From NCBI RefSeq assembly GCF_001194135.2, contig NC_068989.1:89641297-89705296 (forward strand): a stretch of DNA of 64,000 bases, written 5' to 3'. Positions 39,642-53,568 of this stretch are shown piece by piece (positions within the stretch are counted from its first letter, which is position 1; every line of letters starts with the position of its first letter). Origin of the DNA: Octopus bimaculoides. Lineage: Eukaryota. The notes beneath the pieces were generated by a model that searched no databases, was not told the DNA's origin, and saw nothing but the letters and a program-made list of their open reading frames with translations. Both the position numbers and the translations under genes were made by a program.

Positions 39642-42600
39642 CTGCAAGAGAAGGAAAAAAATAAAACACAAAGGTGAAGAGAAAAGACGTTGGAATGAAA
39701 CAAAAAACATCAATCATAATTAGTGTGTGTGAATTTAATGCAGAAAACATAAAAATAAAAAAATTTAATAAAAGTCTAATTATGTGTTGAGAAAAATACA
39801 CATATGCATAAATATACATATATACACATAAAATGGGCACCTTTTAATTTCTGTTAACCCCATCAATTCACAAGGCTTTTGTCAACCCAAGATTATAACA
39901 GAAGACACTTATGCAAGGTGGCATGCAGTGAGACTGAACCCACAACCATGTGGTTGGGAAATAATCTTAGCCACACAGCCACATCTGTACCTACTCCATG
40001 TGATTCAAAAAGCTAGCCTTGTCATGTATTGTGTGATACTGCATCTGCTTGAGTATTTCACTTTATGGCACGAGGCCCTGTGCACTAATCTACTTAAGGG
40101 TTTCATCACAAGTGTCAGTGAGACAGTCTCATGCTTATTTTCTGTCACAGATGTACTTCAGCCTCAGGCCCACCATGGGTACATTGTTCCTTCTGTCTAC
40201 CTTTTCTCTCACTACTATAAATGGCCTCTACTCATCAGAGTGAGTTGGGCTCATGTCGTCTCCACTCAAGTTTTCATACCCACCCTCTTCTCTCCTCACG
40301 TCACCCTTGTCAGCACTAATCCCCCGCCACTAGAATGTTGGCTCTCTGGAATACTGTTCCTGCAGGTGCTGACTTACAAAGGTTCAAGAGGTACATTAAA
40401 AGCACCAATCTCATTGGTGCATGACAACCTGCAAAGACCTTGTCCACCTGCAAATTTAAATGAAAAAAAAAACAGCAAAGAAACATTCTGTTTCGACTAC
40501 TTTAAGAGAAGAAAGGTCTGTGGAATACTCAACCACTTGCACATTGAGGAAGTTGTTCAAATGAATGAACAATGAACAGATGAAATATGAGAACACTCAT
40601 TGCTGAGAGAAATCATGATAAATATATAGTGATAGAAATAATTATAACAAGGGCTTCGCTTGTGCCTCACCACGCACTGAAAAATACATGTCAAGAGACA
40701 CTATTACCACCATAAGATGGGGAAAAAAAGAGGAAAACTACAAAGTGAGAAAGAAGAGATGCCGAGTCTACTCACCAAATACTTTGCCAGTCTGTACAAC
40801 ATATTTCCCGGTTTGGGACACAGCAGCATTTAGTTTCTTACCCTTCTCTGTGCTCTGCATGGTGCTGATGGGGGAGAGAAAAGCAGATGGGTTAGAGGGA
40901 GCATAGCAATATTGTACAGTGTAGCTTAGGTTTCACAGTACTGATGGTACAGGAAAGAAATAAATAAAAGGAGGTGGGGTTAGAAAGGGTTTAGTATTGT
41001 TGTATAGTGAAGTGGTGTCAGTTTCTGGCAATGCTGTAAGAGTGGAGGCACGTGGCTTAGTGGTTAGGGTGTTGGACTCATGATCGTAAGATTGAGGTTT
41101 CGATTCCTGGACCGGGCGATGCATTGCGTTCTTGAGCAAAACACTTCATTTCACATTGCTCCAGTCCACTCAGCTGGCCAAAATGAATAATACTGTGACT
41201 GACCAGCACCCTGTCCAGTGGGGAATACATGCACCAGAAACTGATCCACTGACTTTATATGACTCGAGAAGGATCTTTATCCCTATCTTTATCCTAATGC
41301 TGTAAGACGACTGGTGGTGAGGCCTTGTTTAGCTTTTGTTACAGCATGCCTCCAATGTATCTTCTTTTAAGGGTTTTCTCTGAGTCTTAAGACCTTTTAT
41401 TCTAATAACGTCTTTCTTCAAACTTCTGCTCTCTGGAACTCACTACAACCATCTTGTTTTCCTTTAATCTATGATATTCAGACTTTTAAACTTCCTGTCG
41501 ATTGACATCTTTTGAATTTGTAGACCTCCTTCTTTTCCTTTTTGGTAGTTCCTTACATTACAGTGGCTTCAAGATATGTTTGGGATAAAATTGTATAAAA
41601 GGAGAAACCGGAAAAAGATGGTAGGGTGAGATATGTTGAGATTTGGTTGTTATTTCTAATGGGTTGAGTGACCATGTAGAAGTGTTTCTCAACCCTTTTT
41701 CACCTATGGACACCCTTTGATTCCTTTTTAACTCTACTCCAGGTTTGAAATCTCCCCAAGACACCTGATGAAGGCTGGAGAGTATACTAGCCGAAACATT
41801 GTGTTAACAACAATCAAGATGAGGACAAATATCCGTCAACTGTAAATAATTCTTCATCTCTTAAATATAGAACTGTAATATCAACCATACTACGATATTG
41901 GAGGCATAAGGATTTAACAATAAGTGTGGCTGACAGGATGTGTACTGTGTTATAGTTGATATTGTGTTACCATAGGAGTGTGTGTGAGAGACAGAGAGAG
42001 TAGAAAATAAGTGAGACTTACTGTGACAACCGCACACGAAGATCACTCATATTCAAATGCCCTTGGAATGGATGTCTGTAAGTAGAATATATTATCATCA
42101 TTATCATCATCATATATGGCCACTGTCCCCACCACCATTAACCATTATAATCATCATTGTCAGCTACTATAGCCTCGAGCCGACCAAAGCCTTGTGAGTG
42201 GATTTGATAAACGGAAACTGAAAGAAGCCCGTCGTATATATGTATGTATGTATGTATATGTATATATATATATATATATNNNNNNNNNNNNNNNNNNNNN
42301 NNNNNNNNNNNNNNNNNNNNNNNNNNNNNNNNNNNNNNNNNNNNNNNNNNNNNNNNNNNNNNNNNNNNNNNNNNNNNNNNNNNNNNNNNNNNNNNNNNNN
42401 NNNNNNNNNNNNNNNNNNNNNNNNNNNNNNNNNNNNNNNNNNNNNNNNNNNNNNNNNNNNNNNNNNNNNNNNNNNNNNNNNNNNNNNNNNNNNNNNNNNN
42501 NNNNNNNNNNNNNNNNNNNNNNNNNNNNNNNNNNNNNNNNNNNNNNNNNNNNNNNNNNNNNNNNNNNNNNNNNNNNNNNNNNNNNNNNNNNNNNNNNNNN

Positions 42601-43876
42601 NNNNNNNNNNNNNNNNNNNNNNNNNNNNNNNNNNNNNNNNNNNNNNNNNNNNNNNNNNNNNNNNNNNNNNNNNNNNNNNNNNNNNNNNNNNNNNNNNNNN
42701 NNNNNNNNNNNNNNNNNNNNNNNNNNNNNNNNNNNNNNNNNNNNNNNNNNNNNNNNNNNNNNNNNNNNNNNNNNNNNNNNNNNNNNNNNNNNNNNNNNNN
42801 NNNNNNNNNNNNNNNNNNNNNNNNNNNNNNNNNTGAAACAAGTAAAAGAGTATACCCTCTCATCCAAGTGACCCAAACTTGGCTGAATAAACCTCAGCCT
42901 AAGTCCAAGCAGCATTCTACTGAAACCCCATCAGTTATGTGCTTTCTATGTGGCCCCTGTGTTGTCCTTTGTGGCTTTTCTTTGGCTCATCTCTGTAATG
43001 TAAATAGTTGAGGGCCAAGAGAGAAGGGATTATTAGTGAGGCAATAGTGTAAGGGGTCGTTGGTGATATCATAGAGATTAATGGGATAATGGGATAATCA
43101 TGGAGATTAATGGGATAATAAATATAGGGAATTAGTGATCAGATAGCATGGGAATCAGTAGGTTGTTGCTGTTTAGCTCAAAATCAGCCCTGATAAAGGA
43201 GATTTATAATGTAAGGTGTTCCAACTGTAACCATCCCACCTTTTTAAAAGTTTATATAGAGGTACATTACTCAATGTGTTCCTTTCCTTATTTAAGTTGG
43301 TTGGGTATGATTTGAGAGAGATTTGACTGTTATTTCTAGCAGATCGACTGGATATTAGTGTGTCAGTAGTGAAGGGAATTAGTTATGTAGCAGGGCGGTG
43401 TAGGTGAAGTGGGATAGGATAAGTAGATCAAGAATTCAAGGGAGAAAGGTCAACGGTCAACAGTGGAACTACTACCCCCAACCCTCACCTCTACAACTCC
43501 AATTACTGGAACCACACCATTCCAGCAACCACCACATCAACTCATGCCTACTACTACCACCACTGCACCTTCCCTTTAAACACCACCACTACAACCACCA
43601 ATGCCAGCATACCAACAACTGCAGCTGTTACCATAGCATCACGCCCAGCTTTCTACGGCTGCTCCCACTAACCCCCACCAGCAGTATCCAGAAACCAGTA
43701 CTTACGACTGCGAGACCGACTCGATAAGAGGGTGTTTACAGCTGTGCCACAATCGGTAGTTATGGGTTGTCTTCCAAGCTTGGATAAAGGTCAAGTTGAA
43801 GTCTTCCATCAGCTTCTCATCTGAGTTGCGCAGGGAGAGAGAGAGAGAGAGAGAGAGAGCGATACAAAGAGGGATA

Positions 43877-43907
<31 letters not shown>

Positions 43908-46900
43908 AAGAGTGTAAAAAACATAAGAGAGAGATACATGACAGTTTTAAACAGTTAGTACACGACTACATCTATGTATTCATTTGAAATATGTGTGTGT
44001 GTGATATACAAGCAGTCATAACTTCATACTATTCTGTTATAACATTAGTAGTAGTAGTAGTAGTAAGGGGNNNNNNNNNNGGGGTGGTGGTCTATGCTGT
44101 AACAGCGTGTCATTGCATCCACCATTTGTTGGTGATTCCCTTCTACTGCTGGTGGTTAACACTTTTGCACCGCCCGGGTGACAACCCTTCAAACATCCAT
44201 GGGTCTGTTTGGGTGGTTGTTGGTGAAGGTTTTACAAAGATGAAGGGCAAATCCAGCCTCGACCACTTTTAGTCACTTTTTACAACATGCAGAGAAAATT
44301 TTGGGTTCATTCTTTGACATGTTGGTCCCCGCACAGCACTAGCGCAATGTGAAATGAAGTGTTTTGCTCAAGAACACAACACACTGCCCCCTCCAAGAAT
44401 TGAACCTGCAATCTGGCGATCATGAGTACAACACCCTAACAACTAGGCTATGCATGTTCACATTAACACTGATACGAAGTAAAATAAAACCAAATACTGA
44501 ACATTGTAAATTTTATCCGAATGTGATCGATGCCAGGGCTGCCTGACTGGCTCCTGTGCTGGTGGCAAGTAAAAAGCACCCACTACAGTCTCGGAGTGGT
44601 TGGCATTTAGGAAGAGCATCCAGTTGTAGAAACATTGCCAGATCAGATTGGAGCCTGGTGCGGCCTCCTGGCTCTCCAGACCTCAGTCAAATCGTCCAAC
44701 CCATGCCAGCATGGAAAGCAGACGTTAAACGATGATAATGATGATACACCTTTCATATTGTGTACTTGTTCATGAATTAAACAAATATCATGATCAAATA
44801 CAGATCATCAAACTGTAAATGGACAATGTGTAAAGTGGTGGCTCCTATCGCTAGGTGCATCAGCATTGTTGCAGTGGTAGTATTGGTGTGGTTGTAGTGT
44901 TGGCATTAGTGTCATCGTACTATGAGTATTTGCAAATCTACAGTGTTGGTGTTGGTACTTATGGTGTTGATATACAAGCTTCTGTAGCAGTTAAACTAGT
45001 GTCATGATAGTATTTAAATCAGCCTTGTGAGTGGATTTGGTTGACAGAAACTGAAAGAAACCTGTTGTTGTATGTGTGTGTGTGTGTGTGTGTATATGTA
45101 TGTTTGTCTCCCCACCATCACTTGACAACTGATGTTGGTGTGTTTATGTCCCCATAACTTAGTGGTTCGGCAAAAGAGACCGATAGAATAAGTACCAGTC
45201 CTGGAGTCGATCTGTTCGACTAAAGGTAGTGCTCCAGCATGGCCACAGTCAAATGACTGAAACAAGTAAAAGAGTAAAAGAATAGTGTTGAAAGATAGAG
45301 TGTTCTTTTTCATATCCCCACCTTTCCTTTATGCAAGTCTATTCCCAGTGTTTTTATGACTGTGTGGAAAAGGTTAGTTCCAGGAAGCTGACAGAAGCGG
45401 TAACTCACCTCCATTATGTGTGCTGGCGAGCAGGGACAAGATGTAATCCTTGAACTGTAGCCTCACCCATTCGTCTCCTCCTTCCCACTCTGCAATTAAC
45501 GAAGAAAGAAGAAATTATCGAAGCATGTAGAAACAACAGAGATGATTGTGGTTAAAGGATGAGGCATTGGGCTACCCTACCCCAGAGTAGTAGCACCTGT
45601 TAAGGGTCCCAGCTATCAGGTAATTAGCATGTTATGGAACAAACTCAAAGCGCAAACCCTCAATGCCTTGTGAGTGCCTTAGGAAAGAGGAAGGTTAAGG
45701 GAGGAGAATCAACCTTGGTAGCAAATTAAGGGGTGCAATTCCAAGGTAGGTGAAGCTCTCCAGCACTGTAAAGCAATTCCCCAAGGAGAAGGCCATGCCA
45801 GTGTAAAACCTACAGCTTGCTGGTCACTGCTGCCTCTTAACCTGCTGAGCCACTGTGGTCAGACCTCCGAGTGGGATTGGAGTGTAGGGACTGACTCTTA
45901 GTTTAAAACAAGCACAGCAGGAAGAAAAGCTCTCCTGCAGCGTAAAATGGTTGGCATATAAACAAAACACACACTATGTGGGTGTGTGAGCTATGACGAT
46001 GGCATAAATCTGGAACTGAATATCAAACTTTATGAATTTGTTGTGGTTACTAAAAGAATATAGATTTTGTTTCCAATAAACACGAAAACTAGATTATGGT
46101 CACCCTTTCTGGACCACAAAGATCAATAAAGCTGACTTCTATAGAGATTGTTGCAATATTTCTGAAGTTGAAAGTGTCATCATAGAGAAATCAGTCGGAG
46201 TTGAGTCATTACAACAACATACAGACTAATTCTTTTTGAGTCAATTAGGGAGCTTCTGTGTGGTTGTTCAGTCTTCTAGAAATAGCTCCCAATAATCATC
46301 ATCATCATCATCATCATCGTTTAACGTCCGCTTTCCATGCTAGCATGGGTTGGACGATTTGACTGAGGACTGGTGAAACCGGATGGCAACACCAGGCTCC
46401 AGTCTGATTTGGCAGAGTTTCTACAGCTGGATGCCCTTCCTAACGCCAACCACTCAGAGAGTGTAGTGGGTGCTTTTACGTGNNNNNNNNNNNNNNNNNN
46501 NNNNNNNNNNNNNNNNNNNNNNNNNNNNNNNNNNNNNNNNNNNNNNNNNNNNNNNNNNNNNNNNNNNNNNNNNNNNNNNNNNNNNNNNNNNNNNNNNNNN
46601 NNNNNNNNNNNNNNNNNNNNNNNNNNNNNNNNNNNNNNNNNNNNNNNNNNNNNNNNNNNNNNNNNNNNNNNNNNNNNNNNNNNNNNNNNNNNNNNNNNNN
46701 NNNNNNNNNNNNNNNNNNNNNNNNNNNNNNNNNNNNNNNNNNNNNNNNNNNNNNNNNNNNNNNNNNNNNNNNNNNNNNNNNNNNNNNNNNNNNNNNNNNN
46801 NNNNNNNNNNNNNNNNNNNNNNNNNNNNNNNNNNNNNNNNNNNNNNNNNNNNNNNNNNNNNNNNNNNCACCACATGTCCATACCAGCGCAATCGTCTCTC

Positions 46901-49778
46901 TTGCACGCCACAACTGATGCTTCTAATGTTCAGCTTTTCTCTCAAGATACTTACACTCTGACGGGTATTCACATTGACATTACACATCCAACGGAGCATA
47001 CTGGCTTCATTCCTTGCGAGCTTACGTATGTCCTCAGCAGTTACAGCCCATGTTTCACTGCCATGTAGCATGGTTGTTCGTACGCATGCGTCATACAGTC
47101 TGCCTTTTACTCTGAGTGAGAGTCCCTTTGTCGCCAGCAGGGGTAAGAGCTCTCTAAACTTTGCCCAGGCTATTCTTATTCTAGCAGCTACACTTTCAGC
47201 GCACCCACCCCCACTACTAACTTGGTCGCCCAAATCATAACCCTGCTGTTTTAAATAATACAGTCTTAGAAATATTACGATTGAATAAAAAGACGGGATG
47301 ATCATGGATGGATTGCCTTTCACAACAGGTACATTCAACCAGAGCTGACCTGAGAGCTAAACAAAGACAGATCTATGGGTTGCAGCTACTTGTTTGGCTG
47401 ACTATCAGAGGTGATCTGGAGCAGTACCTACTTTACAGCTAAGTGGACTGGGCTATTGAGAATTAAGAAAGTTTAAACCAATGGATACAATGTAGTGTTT
47501 GTAAGGGGACATGAGATGCTGACCCTTTACGACTGTCTCTAGCCAATCTATTAATAACTTACCTGTACCATCAAGGAAAAGGGTTTTATTTTCGGTGACA
47601 ATTTTCACGAGGTAGTCTGCAAACCTCAAATCTGTTGTGGTTAGATTCAGCTGTTTCTTCAATTCATTGTCATGGAAGTCGATTCGTCCATCGTTTACCT
47701 AAGTGGTGGTGGTCAGGTCATGGAGGGAATAAACAAAAGAAATATGGTATGCTTAACATTTTTGGAAAATAGTAAAAGTAATTGTAAAGAGTGAATACAG
47801 AAATTTAATTTATTTAATTTATTAATTAGTTTAGAACTTAGAAAAGGCAGAGGCCATGATTTTTTTTACAGAGCCACCAAGACCAGCAACAGGGAAGTAA
47901 TCTTCAGATCATATAGTTATCTTCTATACATGCAATGAAGTGGTGGTGGTGGTGGAAGTAGACTTCTGAGCGAACCTAGGAAACTATGTTGCATATGACT
48001 AAGTGATCAGGATATTCAACTGACGATCATAATGTTGTGAGTTCAATACCTGGAGGTGAGTTGTGTCCCTGAGCAGGCTACTTTATTTCACGTTGCTACA
48101 GTCAACTCAGCTAGCAAAAGTGAGTTGTACCCGTATTTCAAAGGGCCAGACCTGTCACATTCTGTCACACTGAATCTCCCTGAGAATTATGTTAAGGGTA
48201 CATGTGTTTGTGAAGCACTCAGCCACTTGCATGTTAATTTCATGAGCAGGCTGTTTCATTGGTTGGATCAACTGGAACCTTGTTGTCATAACTGACAGAG
48301 TGCCAGTTAAAAAGCAAAAAATGTTGGCATTGGTTTCTACAAATTACTGAAGCAACACAGACACACACACTCATACGTGACCTTCACATTGTAGATTTAC
48401 AAATCAATCATATAAAGAGGCTGCATAGGGTCTAGAGACACAATGAAACCCCTGCACGGCAGATGCGAACACACGTCCTTTAGGTAGGTAGCCCTGCACT
48501 CTATCCACTTACCAATCCTTGTCCCAGCCCATTGTTTCTACCCTCTGCAGCAACTTACCTCTACGACGACATCAGTGAGGTGTTTGCGCTGTTTAAACAA
48601 TATATTTGTGGCACCGATTACAAAGCCCCGCACATTTACATCTTCAAGGAGATCAAAGAACTGCAGTGAGAGATAGGGATGACAGAGGCAGCCCTGAAAG
48701 GAAAAGAAAGATAAGAGAAAATAAAAAAAATGAGATTTATTAATAAAGGATGGGGGGGGCAAGGGTTCTAAAACCAGAATATGTGTACCCTTAGAGATAT
48801 GCAAGAGAAATTCCAACAGGGTGTGAAAAATTTGCAAAAATACTGGAATTAGAAGTTTTCAACAACTACTTTTGAATGGTGTTTTCTCATGTTTAGTAAA
48901 ACAGCTATCTGTATATCATATTTAATGTATATACACTGTTAACAGGCCACTTATTGCAGTATTTGTCCTGAAATAACATCTGTTATGGACATGCTGAGTT
49001 AAAAAACACAACAGATAGCTACAGGCATGGCTGTGTAGTAAGAAATTTGTTTCCCAACCACATGGTTCTGGGTTCAGTCCCATCACATGGCATCTTTGGC
49101 AAGTGCCTTCTACTATAGCCTTGGGCTGACCAAAGCCATGTCAGTGGATTTTGTAGATGGAAACTGAAAGAAGCCTTTTGTATGTGTGTGTGTGTTTTGT
49201 GTTAGTTTCCTCCCCCCAACACCTGACAAGCAGTGTTGGTGTGTTTATGTTCCCGTAACTTAATGGCTCAGCAAAAGAGACCGATAGAATAAGTACAAGG
49301 CTTTATAAAAAGAAAATAAGTTCAGGGGTTGATTTGCTCAATTAAAATCCTTCAAGGTGGTGCCCCAGCATGGCCACAGTCCAATGACTGAAATAAGTAA
49401 AAATAAAAGACGATAGATAAATATCAGGGGAAGAAGAAAATTCATTGGAGCATCATAGCCATGTGTTGTTGGGGATGCTTTGGGGTTTGAATAATTCACC
49501 CTTGCAAACATGGATGTTTTGTTCATCATCCGTAACCCTTTAGCATTCAGATTTTTCTGTCAAATATAATCCTTATTTATTACCTTCAACTTAGCGTAGG
49601 AGGAGGAGGCATTGTTTGCAGTTGTGTTTGTTTGTTTGTTTGTTTGTCTGTGGACAAGATATCTCAAATAAGGTCAGTAATTTTAGGGAGAGAGGGATAG
49701 TTGATTACACTGACCCCAGTACTTGACTGGTCTGTATTTTATCAACCCTGGAGGGATGAAAAGCAAAGTTGACTTCAG

Positions 49779-49827
<49 letters not shown>

Positions 49828-52800
49828 AATGATGATGATGATAAAGAGTGGTAATTATAAAAAAGAAACATTTCCAGACCTTGGAAAATATCGCCAAAGG
49901 GAGACCATATTCATCTGCTTGAAGTGTTGTTGTCATGGCTATACCATCCTCGAAGGAATTGCTTTCAATATTCAAAGATGAGGGTTTTTTATTTGACCCC
50001 TGGTGGGAATCTTCAGATGGGAGAAGTGGATCGTCAGCAGTGTTTTCTTTGGATTGTGTCAGCGTAGTTGATGAATTTTTCAATGGCATCTCGCAGGAAC
50101 TGTCAGCAGTGGGATGTATTAGTCCAGCTGTGTCAGCAGGGAGCTCAGAAATAGCCTCAATCTTATGTGGCCTGGCATTTTTATCACAGACGACATTGGT
50201 GGTGGAAGTGGTGGTGGTAGCAGTTGATGGATCAGTGGAATTGCTTGACCCTAGGCACGGAGACCTTTCGCAATCACTCTTTGGATCATGTTCATCATTT
50301 ATTTCAAGGACAATACGGTCTTCCTCCCATGAGAAGCAATCCTCTCGATCAATTTTACTGATTGACTCTGGAGAGTCCAGTTCTTCAATGCTCTCACTTC
50401 GTTTCAGGTCTTCAGATAAGGTTTCATTTTCATCAACCTCCAGGTCTACCTTGAGGCGCCTCTCTGAGGAGCGAGTCTTCCCTTGGTCTTTGAGCAAATT
50501 GTCTTCTGCAACCATGTGACCTAGAGTGGTCTTTGTTGTGTGATCATGTAATTCACCCCTACTGATGACAGGAGATGAAGATCCATCAGCATGGGAGGAA
50601 ATTCTACAGTTCTGATTGTTGTTATTTAACAAATCTTTCTCTGTGGCATCAAGTTCCATTTTTGTCACAGATGAAACAGTTGATATACCAGAGCTTGAAT
50701 GTGAAGCATTGGTGTCTTTCGCAATGGTCATGTCTTTCTGAGATCCAGCTTCAGTACTGCATGCCAGAGACATTGCAGTTGCAGGGAATGTGTCTGATGA
50801 GGGTGGTGGTGCTGATCTGAATGGACTGCACGGTAAATCTGGCTCGTCATTCTCGTCACGGACTATCGTCTGATTCTCTGGCTCGGATGCTAGACTTGTG
50901 GTTCTTGAAGGTGGTCTAGGGGGGATGGGAATATCACAGTTGGTATTTTTGTGGTAGCTGACCTCTAGGAATCCGTCGTCGGATTCCATTTGGTGAAATT
51001 TTAATGTTGGTGAGATTTGTCTGTGAGGGGAATAGCAGGCAGATTCCTTCAGGCCATATTCTATTAAACCTGGATCAAAGAAACAAAGGAAAATATAACA
51101 GTAAAAGTTTAAAGAATTCAAATTAATAAAATACAAAACTAAAAGAGTCATGGGTTTCCATAATTTGGACAATTAGGATTCAAGTGTTTGACCAACAGAA
51201 TTACCTGTTCCTGAGTTAAAGAAGAAGTGACTGAGTATACTATGTATAAAGCATTGGTGCTGGTGCCACATAAAAAGCACCCAGTACACACTGTAAAGTG
51301 GTTGGTGTTAGGAATGGTATACAGCTGTAGAAACTATGCCAAAATAGACAATTGGGGGTTGGTGTAGCTCTCCAGCTCCTGTCATATTGTCCAACCCATG
51401 CCAGCATGAAAAAAGATGTTAAATGATGAAGATGATGATGAAGATGTTTACTCTTCATGTAATTCTCTGAGGGAATCAGTGTGACCCCTGATGAGTTCTT
51501 ATGCAGTTTCCATCTCCACAATTTCACTCAAAAAGTTTGGATTGATCCAAGACTATAAAGAATGACATTTGTTAAAGATGCCATGAAGTGGGACTGAACC
51601 CAGGTCTTTATGAGCGTGAAGTAAACGTCTTGGACCATTTGCCCATATTGTGCCTATAGAGGCTCAAAATGTTTGGGGGAGGGGGCCCAGTCGATTAGAT
51701 TGACCCCAGTACACAACTGGTACTTAATTTATTGACCTCAAAAGGATGAAATGCAAAGTCAACCTCGGCGGAATTTGAACTCAGAACGTAAAGACAGACC
51801 CTCATATATTGCATTAATATTCCTCACACTTTCTGTTGCGTCGTTGCCTTTTTTGAACCCATAAAGCAAAATATGCTCCTCTGTCACTTCCATTATGGCT
51901 TTGCAAACATAATTGTTAAAATCGAACTGCACTCTTCAAAACTTGCACTAAGAGTAAGTACAAGGTAAAATTATTACCTACTTTTATAACAAGTTGATGC
52001 AGGTAATTTATCCCATCCCCCTCCAACTTTTAGTTCATGCAATTTCAAAAACAGCATTATTTATGGGATGATCCAATCCAATTTTATTGAAATATGTGGC
52101 ATCCCCTAGCAGACAACTGGTACAAGGGAAATAATCATTTTTCCATAATATTTGGTAGGATTAGAGGTTTGACTTTGAAATTACGGAATAAAGACTAAGA
52201 TGCATAGAATACACATATTTATAATTTGTTTTGCTTACTTATTACAAAGGTTTTTAAATTTCCAGTCTTAGGTAATTATGTACAACACTATTTCATTCTT
52301 TTTAGAAGTCATCAGCATGACATATAGAGATATTTTATATTTTACAACATCATCATCCTTCCTGTGCAAAGTTGATATTGGTGAGGAGAAATAAATGGAG
52401 ATCAGTGAAGAAAAATAAAGAAATGCAAATGAACTTCAAGATCATACCTGGAAAGAGTGACATGACACCTAACATAGTTCGACACAGCTCTTGGACTGGT
52501 TTCCCTGTAAATAGTACCTGTAATAATAAATAAATAAATAAATGAATAAAAAATAATTTTGGGGAAGGGACTAGTCAAGTGTTAAACTGACACTTATTCA
52601 TTGTTATTTTTTGCCCTCTTACAACTTGTTTGTAAATATCTGATTTTTCCCTATTACCCCATCTTTGTTCTCCCTTATTATATCATATTTTATTTTGTTT
52701 TATTAAACCTTTTTTGAGGTCCTTCCAAAAATTCCTCACACTGATGAGAATGACAATGCATGAATTTAATTAAAATTACTATGATTACAATTTTTTTCTT

Positions 52801-53534
52801 ACATATTTGTATTGTCTTTTGAAACGTGCGTATGTATTGAAGCCAATTTTGTATTAAATTTAATTCTGATTCAACATCTTTTTCTCTTCCATTTTTTTAA
52901 TACTTGTTTATGGTATATTTATACCTATAATGATATCTTTCAACTATTATTTTCATATTCTTATTACTTGCTCTGGCTGTTTTTATGAATATGATGAATC
53001 TTTATTAGAAATCATTTTTTCTCTCTTTTTGGATCTTTCAAAAAGTTTGAATTGTTCTTTTTGAACTTATTTTTTCTCATATATATATTCCTTGAATCCT
53101 AGGACTTATAAGGCTGGTTACCCACTTTCCATGGTATATAAGCAACCAAGATCACAACGCTCACCCTAAATGGGATGTTGGTTTGTTGTTAGTTTCAAGG
53201 CCAGCAATTTTGAGAGAAGGAGACAAGTCAATTACATCAAACCCCAGTATATGACTGGTACTGTATCAACCTGGAAAGGATGAAAGGCAGAGTTGACCAC
53301 AGCAGGATTTGAACTCAGGACACAAAGAGCCAAAAGAAATGCTGCTAAGCCTTTTGTCTGATGTGCTAACGATTCTGCCAGCTCACCTGATGATAAAAAG
53401 ATAGCAAACTTATCCAAAATGGTACTTTTAGCTCAACTCCCACTTCCGAAAATATCTGGTTAAAAGCTTCAACCTTGTTTCCATTAATAAAAATCCCTAT
53501 CATCATCATCATTATGACCACCACCACCACCACC

Positions 53535-53568
<34 letters not shown>

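Noticed and set aside
42138-43011. ORFs of 200-335 aa over N-runs (also ~18.5, 46.4, 58.6 and 59.8 kb)
   Set aside because: Artefacts of assembly gaps.
49935-50519. 194-aa plus-strand ORF
   Set aside because: Antisense shadow of the AVL9 large exon.
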